The translations under genes were made by a program, and so were the position numbers. The notes below the pieces were generated by a model. The model was given only the letters and a program-made list of their open reading frames with translations. It did no database searches and was not told where the DNA came from. 64,000 nucleotides of DNA. Origin: Raja brachyura. Lineage: Eukaryota. This document shows positions 11,357 to 21,600 of the stretch, one piece after another. Each line of letters opens with the position of its first letter. The stretch's first letter is position 1. The stretch covers positions 29,264,001 to 29,328,000 of the forward strand of contig OY740802.1 of NCBI GenBank assembly GCA_963514005.1, given 5' to 3'.

Positions 11357-14300
11357 TTTGGCGAGTCTGAGACAGTAATTTAGTTTGAATTGTTTTATTT
11401 AACGAAACAATGAGCCAACGAGAGTTGATAAGACAACCAAATTTACAATGTGCCTTCCACAAGTATGGGCGCTAGACTGACGGTTACTGACAGTTACAGC
11501 AAAAAGAAACTGCCAATAGAACACCCGCGCTCATGAGACTCCTCCAGCCAATCACGAGGATTCGATTACCTAGAGCCACCACTGGGTGGCACTACAGGGT
11601 CACTCTCAGAACCCGAGGAGCGAAACCTAGCAGGGAACCGGACAGAGTGACCCAAACACGTGGTAACTGGGGCCGTGGCAAGTGTAACAACGGGGGCTGG
11701 CAAAACAGAGCCAGGAGAATGGACTGGGCCCGGAGCAACGGGGACAACCGGATCGGGTGAAACAAGCACTGGACGACCTCTATGCTGGGGCTGCGCGACC
11801 ACCACCGGACTGTCCACGTCCACATGGGCCGGCTTGAGCCGGGCAATAGAGACGGCCCTCCCACGTCCATAGTAAACGTAGCAAGGCCAGCACGCAACAC
11901 CCGGAACGGCCCCTCGTAAACTTGCTGGAGCGGAGATCAGTGGGCATCCCTGCGAACAAAAACAAACAGACAATCTTGCAGACCTGACGGCGTGCGCACC
12001 GCATGCAGACCATGCCGCGAGGTGGGTACCGGAGCCAGTCCGCCGACTCGCTCGCTAAGAGTCGCCAGAAACGCCGGGGCAGAGTTCACCTGCCCCTGTA
12101 CAACCGGGAGAAAATCGCCAGGCACGTGGAGGGCTGAGCTGTCAGAGGGAACCCAGAACCAGGTGATCCAGATGGCCGCGAGAGTTCGAGCGCAGGACGC
12201 GGCGGAGGTGTCTGAAAGTGGAATCGCCTCCGGTCACCTGGTGAATCGATCCACGATTATGAGTAAATGAGTGGCGCTGTGGGACGTTGGCAACGGGCCC
12301 ACCAAGTCGACGTGGATGTGCAGGAATCGGGCAGCCAGGACAGCAAAATCCTGCACCGGGACCCGCGTGTGCCGCTGGACCTTGGAGGTCTGACATGGGA
12401 GGGAGGTGTGGGCCTAGGCCGCCACCTGCATGCGGAACGCGTGCCAGACAAATATGGCAGCAATCAGTGCGGAGGTTGTCCGGATATACGAGTGGGCCAA
12501 ACCGTGGACGGCGTCGAAGATCCGGCGTTGCCAACGCGCAGGCACGACTGGGCGAGGTCGACCCGTGGAAACGTCACAGCGGACCATCGTGCCCAAGGGC
12601 CCACGCGGGACCGCAGCTAAACGTAGGCCAGAGACAGCAGTGCAGTCGGCCGCCATCCCAGCGTCCAGCCGTTGCGCCATGGCCAGCTCCTCGTAGTCCA
12701 CCCTGTGTCCCACGGCCAAGGTGATAGAAACCGCGGGATTGGACAAAGCGTCGGCAACAGTGTTGTTTTTGTCCGCGACATGCTGCGTGCCCGTGGTGAA
12801 CTCCGAGATAAAGGCCAAGTGCCGCTGCTGGAGTGCGGACCACGGGTCAGACACCTTGCCCAAGGCGAGCGCTTTGTGGTCGGTGTACGCGGTGAAAGGG
12901 CGGCCCCCCAAAAAGTAACGAAAACGCCGAATGGCCAAGTATAATGCGAGGAGCTCCCTGTCGAAGGCGCTGTAATCGCGCTCGGGAGCCCGCTGGTGAC
13001 GACTGAAGAAAGCAAGCGGCTGCCAGCAGCCATTGATCTGATGCTCGAGCACGCCGCACACAGCCGTGTCAGAGGCATCAACGGTGAGGGCCGTCGGGGC
13101 GGAGGCTCGCTGGTGGACCAACCTGATGGCATTGGCCAGAGGTGCTTTGGCATCCTCGAACGACGCGTCCGCTTCGGCGGACCAAACATGCTCCTTCGCC
13201 TTGCCCGCGAGCCACTGGAAAAGGGGCCGCATGACTCGGGCTGCTGCTGGTACGAAACGGTGGTAAAAGTTTACTGTGCCTACGAATTCCTGCAACCCCT
13301 TCACCGTGCGTGGCCGGGGGAACTGCTGCAGCCATTCAAATAAACCAAACGGGGTGATGATCGTGGTCTTCGGGATATCGTCCGGGGGGGGATGGGGATC
13401 TGGTTATACCCGCGGACCAGGTCTACCTTAGAAAAGAAAGCGGACCCTCGAGGTGAGCGGAAAAGTCCCGAATGTAGGGTACGGGGTAGCAGTCCGTAGC
13501 GGTGATGGCGTTCAGACGCCTATAGTCCCCACATGGCCTCCACCCCCCAGATGCTTTTGAGACAGTGTGCAGTGGGGACGCCCACGGGCTGTCTGAGCGC
13601 TGGACAATCACCAAATACTCCATGAGTTGAAACTCCTCCCGGGCAATGCGCAGTTTATCCGGTGGGAGGCGTCGTGCTCGGGCGCGTACCGGTGGGAATG
13701 TGGTGGACGACCCCGTGCTTGGGGGTCGTCACGCTGAAACGGGGAGTGAGGAGCTCTGGGAACCCGGTGACGAGGGGGGCATAGTGGCTGTCGACCTTGG
13801 CGATGGCGCTGAGCTGTGGGCTGGTAGAAGACGGGGGCCGTGGGTCCGAGGTCCGATGCTATAAATATGCGGCCGGCCCGCACATCGGCGAGAAGGGAGA
13901 AGGCCCGCAGGAATTCGGTACCCAGGAGTGGCTGGGCGACGTCCGCAACGATGAACGACCACTCGTACGGGTGGGAGTCCAAGGACAGCGAGAGGGTCCA
14001 CTTGCCGTAAGTTCGAATAGTGCTACGGTTAACGGCCATGAGCGCAAGACCTCACTTACACACACGAGTGTCTCTTCAGGTCGGTGGTAGGATGCTGATG
14101 ATGGCCCCAGTATCAACGAGGAAACACCTGCCGGTCACGGACATGAAGGCGGTTGTTAAGGCTGATCGCGATTGCCTCTACAGACGATCGGCCGAGGCGT
14201 TTCCCTGAAACGAGCAGGGTTGGCGGCAGCGGAGGTGGTAGAAGCACCATCTGCACTTGCCTTGGTCGCCCGTGCTTGGCTGCTGCTCTGTGGTGGAAGC

Positions 14301-15045
14301 AGTGGGCGGGGCTTTGCCGCAGTTTCGCCGAGGCTGCTGGTGCACGGGCGCGGAAACCCGGCTGATTGCGCCGCCATCTTGCTGCCTCGCCAACCAGAGT
14401 TCGTCGGCCCTCCCCGCGAGCCTCATGGGGTAAGGTAAAGTCGACGCCCGCGAGCATGATGCGGATGTCGTCCTGCATCCGCACAAAGAACGCCTGTTCG
14501 AAGAGCAGACACATGTGGTGGCTGTCCATCAAGGCCAGCATTTCTGCCATCAGCGCGGATGGTTTGTGGTCGCCCAAACCGTCCATGTGCAGGAATCGGG
14601 CAGCGCGATCCCAGCGGCTGAGCCCGAATGTGCGGAGCAGAAGAGCTTTGAGGCCCTCGTATTTCGGATTCTGGAGGAACAGCAGCAACTGCGAGGCTGT
14701 CAATTGCGGGAGGGCACTGACGTCATTAAAAATATTTTGTGTCGTCGACGGCGATGTTGTGTAGGTGGAACTGCGCCTCGGCCTGCGCGGACCAGACCTG
14801 CGGTTGTTCGGGCAGAAGACGGGCAGCTTGTGGCCGACGGCATTTTGTGGGGCTTGCATGTTCGGCGTCCACTGTTTGATTGGACGCGTCGGGGTCACCA
14901 CTTTGGCGAGTCGGACACGGTAAGTTGGTTTGAAATGTTTTATTTTAACAAAACAACGAGCCAACGAGAGTTGATAAGACAACCAAATTTACAATGTGGC
15001 TTCCACAAGTGTGGGCGCTGGACTGACAGTTACTGGCAATTATAG
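11357..15045 (-). mobile_element. Gypsy LTR retrotransposon (inner), frameshifted and internally deleted
   Basis: LTRs 11357-11596 and 14902-15045 (truncated); tRNA-Trp-type PBS TGGTGACCCCGACG at 14900-14887; gag remnant, protease FLVDTGA (about 14110), RT SPWASPLH/DYRRLN, RNase H TVDASD/YSAFDRELLA/TDHK, integrase HGLAH. Confidence 0.92.
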
Positions 15046-15082
15046 AACTTTATCTGAAGTTAAACCACCTGTTGTCATTCTT

Positions 15083-15229
15083 CTTCTTCTTTTCTTCTTC
15101 TTTTGTGTGGCGTGCACAGCCTAAAGTTGTAGGACAACTTGTTCTATTTGATCTTCCGTTTGTGCACGTCGAGTTGATTGCATTAGTCGAAACAGGGCGG
15201 ACCACATGAAGGTTGCAATCTTCCACCCC
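15083..15229 (-). mobile_element. 147-bp SINE-like retroposon with a 5' HDV-like ribozyme and (GAA)n tail
   Basis: 12-bp TSD GTTGTCATTCTT (15071-15082, 15230-15241); 3' tail AAGAAGAAGAAAAGAAGAAG on the minus strand; no tRNA A/B boxes. Confidence 0.8.
15176..15229 (-). ncRNA. Predicted minimal HDV-like (CPEB3-type) self-cleaving ribozyme
   Basis: GGGGUGG(P1) AA GAUUGCA(P2) ACC(P3) UUCAUGU(L3) GGU(P3') CCGCCCU(P1') G U-UUCG-A CUAA(J4/2) UGCAAUC(P2'); all helices pair, with G1-U wobble at the cleavage site. Confidence 0.75.
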
Positions 15230-15259
15230 GTTGTCATTCTTTAAACTTTATGCAGCAGG

Positions 15260-15325
15260 AACGAAAGTTCCGGCGCTTTGTGTGTGGAGGGGTTGTTTTT
15301 GTGGGCGGCCCAAGATGGCGGCGTC
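15260..15325 (+). promoter_or_regulatory. Likely ACTR5 core promoter/5'UTR with ETS-like (GTTCCGG) and YY1 (CAAGATGGCGGC) motifs at the start of a CpG island
   Basis: TTCCGG at about 15268; YY1 consensus overlaps the ATG; CpG-rich exon 1. Typical of TATA-less housekeeping promoters; the TSS is not observed. Confidence 0.55.
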
Positions 15326-15689
15326 CACGGGCCGAGATGGCGCCGAGCCGCCGCCGCCCAATGTTTACTATTTTCGGGACACGAAGGCGGTGGCGGACCC
15401 GGTGTTCGAGCTGGGGGAGGGCCGGGTGCCGCTGGTGGTGGACAACGGGTCGTTCCAGTGCCGGGCGGACTGGGCGGCGGAGCGGGCCCCGCGGCTGCTC
15501 TTCAGGAACATGGCGGCGCGGGGCCGGGGGGCGGCGCGCAGCGACACGCAGGTCGGCAACGACATCGGCAACGTCGAGCTCGTCCGCTGGCTCCTCAAGA
15601 GCCAGTTCGACAGGAACGTGGTGGTCAACCTCGACATCCAGGAGCACATCTTCGACCACATCTTCCAGCACTTCGGCATCGCCTCCCAG
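15315..15689 (+). CDS. ACTR5: ACTR5 coding exon 1
   Basis: aagATGG start context; MAASTG...[15 protein letters not shown]...[12 protein letters not shown]...GIASQ; donor CAG|gtgcgg. Confidence 0.93.
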
Positions 15690-18600
15690 GTGCGGGTTAC
15701 AGACCCGGGAGGGAGAGGAGGGGAGGGATGGGGGTGGAGGGGTAGGATACTGAGGGAAGGGGAGAAGGATCGGGGAGAGAGGGGGTGGAGGGGAGAGTGA
15801 AATGGAGGGGGGGGGGAGGGTGAGAGGGATTGTGTGAGGTGGGGTGAGTTGGGAGGGATTGGAGGAGGTTGAGGGGGATGAGATGACTTTTAGCGGGGCG
15901 AGGAGTTGTGTGATGGGGAGTTGTTGGATGGGGGTGGTAGAGGTGGAGTCCGGGGTTGGATGGTTGGGCAGGGCGAGGAGTGGAATCAGTCTGAAGTAAA
16001 TTCCTGACCTCGCCTCTTCATGTTCTCCAGAGATGCTGCCTGACCCTCTGAGTTACTCCAGCATGTTACTCCAGTCATTTTAAAGAATAGAAGCTGCTGT
16101 ACTAACTACTTCCATGTGTACCTGTTACAGAGTCGTGTGGAACATCCAGTAGTTCTAACAGAAGCTCCGTGTAATCCACTGTATTCCCGACAGTTAATGT
16201 CCGAGCTCCTCTTCGAGTGTTACCACGTTCCCAAAGTGTCGTATGGAATTGACAATCTCTACAGCTTTTGCCGAAATAATAAAGCAAACTCCACTGGTCT
16301 GATCGTTTCCTCTGGGTACCATTGCTGTCATATTTTGCCAGTGCTGAATGGCAGGTTTGTGGAGCATCTTCATTGAAAGGGTGAAAAGAAACTGCACAAA
16401 AACCACTTGCATGATGCCTCCCTCCAGTATACTGTATATTATCGAGTAAGATTGGTATCAGAGCAAATTGATTAGACTTCGAGCCAGAAGCTGGACCTGC
16501 AGTTCCACATGTATTGTGTAGAAAGGAACTGCAGATGTTGGTATGTAATGAAGAAAGACACAAAATGCTGGAGTAACCCAGCAGGTCAGGCAGCATCTCT
16601 GGAGAAAAAAAAAACGGGTGCCATTTCTGGTCGGAAACGTCACCTATCCACGTTCTCCAGAGATGCTGCCTGGCCTGCTGAGTTACTCCAGCACTTTGTG
16701 TCTTTCTTCGTTCCAAATATATATATATATTTTTTTTTTCCTATCCATCTTTGAATATCTGCTGAATTATTTTAAACCATTTATGTGACTGACCAAAGCA
16801 ATTGAATCATAAAAATGATTTATTTTTGAAATGTTGTAAATGTTCAAAAGGAAAGGTTGTACAGCCTATAAACAGTTAATCAGCATGGAGATACATGATG
16901 GTTTGGGATAAATTTTGTTCAGGATATCGAGAATAGCTACTTTCTCCAAATAGGCTCTGAGCTATGTAGATTTTTGAATTTTCACTACTATTATATATTT
17001 ATTTGTCTGTGTTTATATATACTGAACTTTTTGTTTATTATGGGTTTTACACAATATGTTTAAACAATAGGTGCAGGAGTAGGCCATTTGGCCCATCGAG
17101 CCAGCACTGCCATTCACTGTGATCATGGCTGATCATCCACATTCAGTACCCCGTTCCTGCCTTCTCACCATATCCCGTGACTCTGCTATCTTTAAGAGCT
17201 CTATCTATCTTTAGATTAGATTAGATTTTATTACTTGTCATTCGAACCTCAGAGAAGCTCAAACGAAACTCTGTTTCTACAGCCTCTTGACAGCATCCAG
17301 AGAATTGGCCTCCACAGCCTTCTGAGGCAGCAAATTCCACAGATGTACAATTCTCTGGGTGAAAACGTTTTTCCTCATCTCTGTTCTAAATGGCCTACCA
17401 CTTATTCTTAAACTGTGGCCCCTGGTTCTTGCCTCCCCCAACATCGGGAACATGTTCCCTGCCTCTAGCGTGTCCATTCCCTTAATAATCTTAAGATCCT
17501 CTCTCATCCTTCTAAATTCCAGAGTATACAAGCCCAGTCGCTCCATTCTATCCACATATGATAGTCCCGCCATCCCGGGAATTAACCTCGTGAACCTACG
17601 CTGCACTCCCTCAATAGCAAGAATGTCCTTCCTCAAATTTGGAGACCATAACTCCACATAATACTCCAGGTGTGGTCTCACTTGGGCCCCGTACAACTGC
17701 AGAAGGACTGCTTTGCTCCTATACTCAACTACTCTTGTTTTGAAGGCAATTAGCTTTCTTTACCGCCTGCTGTACCTGCATGCTTACTTTCAGTGAGTGA
17801 TGAACAAGGACCCCCAGATCGCTTTGTACTTCCCCTTTTCCCAACTTGACACAATTCAGATAATAACCTGCATTCCTGTTTTGCCACCAAAGTGGATAAC
17901 CTCACATTTATCCACATTAGACTGCATCTGCCAAGCATCCGCCCACTCACCCAACCTGTCCAAGTCACCCTGCATCCTCACAGCATCCTCCTCACAGCTC
18001 ACACTGCCACCCAGCTTTGTGTCATCTGTAAATTTGCTAATGTTACTTTGAATCCCTTCATCTAAATAATTGATGTATATTGTAAATAGCTGCGGTCCCA
18101 GCACCGAGCCTTGCGGTCCACCCACTAGATACTGCCTGCCATTCGGAAAGGGACCCGTTAATCCTTACTCTTTGTTTCCTGTCTACCAATTTTCTATCCA
18201 TGTCAATACCCTACGCCCAATACTATGTGCTCTAATTGTGCCCACTAATCTCCTATGTGGGACCTTACTCAATGTTTTCTGAAAGTCCAGGTACACTACA
18301 TCCACTGGCTCTCCCTTGTCCATTTTCCTAGTTACAGCCTCAAAAATTCCAGAAGATTAGTCAAGCATGATTTCCCCTTCGTAAATCCATGCTGACTTGG
18401 ACCGATCCTGTTACTGCTATCCAAATGTGCCGCTATTTCATCTTTTATAATTGACTCCAGTATCATCCCCACCACTGATGTCAGGCTGACTGGTCTATAA
18501 TTCTCTGTTTTCTCTCTCCCTTACTTATATGTTGTACTGCTGCAAGTAAGAATGTCATTGTTCCATTTTGGGACATATGACAATAAAACACTCTCTTGGA

Positions 18601-21600
18601 TCTTTTCTATTAAATGGAAATAAGAAAAATAACTACAGATACTGGAAATGTAAAATGAAAACTCTGGGAATAGCAAATGAGTGCAACTGGCAGGAGAAAC
18701 AAGAGTTAATATTCATGATTGCAGATACTTCCTCTGAACTTTGTCTTCAACTTGAAATATTTTCTTCCCACTGATGCGTCCTGATCTGCTGACTATTTCC
18801 AGCTTTTAAAAAAAATTATTTCGAAGGGACAAAGATAGGTTCTTGGTTTAATATTTTATCCAAGGGACTTCCCTCAGCACAGCACTGAAGTGGAACCGTA
18901 CCAACGTTTAGGGTTACACCAACTGAGGCAATGCCAATCCTTGGATTTAAATTCATTTGAGGAGGGGATAGCAAGGGAATAGGTAGGAAATAGCTTGTTG
19001 GGCATCTGGAAGCAAAATGGGAATGCAACAATCTGGCGAGGCCATGGCAACTCACATTGGCTGACTAATGCTGGGGTGAGCCCTAAAACACAGCAGTCGG
19101 ATGAAGTGGTCAACTTTGAATGAGAAAGAATCCCGCACGTTACCACAACGATGAGTTCTGAGGTCTCTAGACCACTGACTGAAAAGGGAGGTTAAAATAG
19201 GACAAAAACAGACAAATAAGATTTCACTCCATCTTAAAGAACCTAGTTCAAGGGCACAATAGTGCTGGAGTAACTCAATGGGTGTGGCAGCATCTCTGGA
19301 GAACATGGATAGGTGATGTTACGGGTTGGGACCCTGCTTCATACTGAAGTTCTTCAGATTTGTGTCTGAAGAAGCGTCCTGACCCGAAACATCGCCGATG
19401 TTCTCCAGAGATGCTGCCAGACCCATTGAGTTACTCCAGCACTATTTGTGCCCTCTTTTGTGAACCAGCAGCTGCAGTTCTTTGTGTCCACATTGCTACC
19501 CAGTTACCCTCATCCAAGAAATGGTATGTGTTAGGGCATCCTATAGAATTGTATATTTGTATCAGACTGCATTTGCTTTGTGTTTTGATGATTAATATTT
19601 TCTTTGTCAAATGCAGGCTGGATGCCTGTAACAGTAAAAGGATTAATCTTGGTGGAAGCCAAGCAGCGTCGTACATGCAACGCCTGCTGCAGCTCAAATA
19701 CCCTGGACATTTACCAGCCATCACGCTCAGCAGAGTGGAGGAAATTCTCCATGAACACTGCTACATCGCAGGCGACTACATGGAAGGTAATGTAGAGCTA
19801 CATGGATACAGATACAGCACGGATACAGGCTCTCAGGCACCGAGTCCGCGCCGACCAACGATCCCCGTACACTAGTTCTATCCAACGCACTTGGGACAAT
19901 TTACCATTTTAACCAAAGCCAATTAACCTACAAACATGTATGTCTTCGGAGTGTGGGAGGAAATGAGAGCACCCGGAGAAAACCCACACGGTCAAAGGGA
20001 GATCGTACAAACTACGTACAGACAGCACCCATAGTCAGGATTGAACCCAGATTTCTGACGCTGTAAGGTAGCAGCTGTACCGCTGTGTCACCCCAAAATT
20101 GTTACTAATTCTTTAGCTATTCAACTGTTATAGAATGGCAAGAGTCATTAGAAATAATATTTGCTTCACCTGATGCTCGAAGCTTGTTCCTGTTGCCTAG
20201 GGCTTTGGGGGCAGACTAGATAGAACAGAGATGTTCAGAGAGGAATTTTCCCTAATTCTCTTTCTATCCTAATTGAAACTTGATTTTTTTTGTTAATAAT
20301 TTGCCACTGATGGCGTCAGTAAACAATGAACTGAACTTCCCATTCCCATTCCGATGTTTCTGCCCTGGGCCGCCTCCATTGCACAGTGCTTTATACCTTC
20401 TACAGCTTATCTGTGGAATTCTCTGCCACAGGAGGCAGTGGAGGCCAATTCACTGGATGCATTAAAAAAGAGTTAGATATAGCTCTTCTGGCTAATGTAA
20501 TCAAGGGATACTGGGAGAAAGCAGGAACGGGGTACTGATTTTGGATGATCAGCCATGATCATATGGAATGGTAATGCTGGCTTGAAGGGCAGAATGGCCT
20601 ACTCCTGCACCTATTTTCTATGTTTATACCACAGCTCAAAATGAGAGTCCTGAGTGACCTTCACCTGCCGCGAATTTCATAACAAGGAAGAAGTCTCCCA
20701 AGACCTACTGGATCTCCCGGTTGCAAACCATTTTAACTCCACTTCCCATTCGCACACTGACCTTTCTATCCTGGACCCCCTCCGTTGCCAGAGTGTGGCC
20801 TGACGCAAACTGGAGGAACAGCACCACCTATTCCGCTTGGGTAGCTTGCAACCCAACTGGATGCACATTGGATTAGCCAACTTCAGGTAGCAAACCTACA
20901 AACACCTTTTCTCCCCTCCCTCCCTCTTGTACCCTTCGCTTCCCGTGCCCAACCAGGATGCTCACCCACTTCTTCCTTTTCCCTTCCATTATATATTCCT
21001 TCCTCTGGATTCACAATTTGTGCATCTGCTATCCTTATCTCACACCTTTTTTCCATCTCTGTCGTTTGCCCAACCTTCTGCCAATCAACCCCTCACCCAT
21101 ATCCACCTATCACTTGCTAAACTTTGTCCCACCTCACCCACCTCTCTTCCAGCTTTCGCTCCCCCCCCCCCTCTCCCCACCACCATCAGTTCCCTACCCG
21201 AAATGTTGCCTGTCCATCTTCTCCATCTTCTCCACTTCCTACACACCAGGGACAATTTACAGAGGCTGATTAACCCACAAACCCACACGTCTTTGGAAAG
21301 TGGGAGGAAGACTTTAGGATGTGGGAAGAAACAGGAACTCATGGAGGAAACTCTTTATGGTCACAGGTAGAACATGGAAACTCCACACAGAAAACACCCA
21401 AAGTCAGGATCAAACCCGTGTCTCTGGCATAGGGAGGCAGTGGCTCTACTATGCCACCCTTCACTTTATCAAGAACATATTGTCATTGGTTATTGTCGCA
21501 TTGCTTAGTTGCGAGAGCTTGCTGTGCATAAATTAGCTGTGGCCTTTTCATTTATTAGAGCATTAATTACCTCCTAATGTGTAGTTTGAGACCTACTACA

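Larger units (their letters stand above)
10398..15254 (+). mobile_element. Non-autonomous Gypsy-type LTR element (outer), its 3' LTR split by two later insertions
   Basis: 5' LTR 10398-10617 (TG...CA); tRNA-Leu-type PBS TGGTGTCAGATGTGGGAT at 10618; PPT AAGAAAGAGGA 11174-11184; 3' LTR in pieces 11185-11359, about 15044-15082 and 15230-15254; 5-bp TSD GCAGG at 10393-10397 and 15255-15259. Confidence 0.9.

Noticed and set aside
11533-15045. Many overlapping 70-190 aa ORFs on both strands
   Set aside because: By-products of GC-rich Gypsy DNA with few stop codons; only the minus-strand gag-pol frames show motifs.
15213-15314. N-terminal extension of ACTR5 suggested by ORF 15213-15800
   Set aside because: Starts at a TTG inside the retroposon/LTR; the Kozak-context ATG is at 15315 and the ORF tail is intron read-through.
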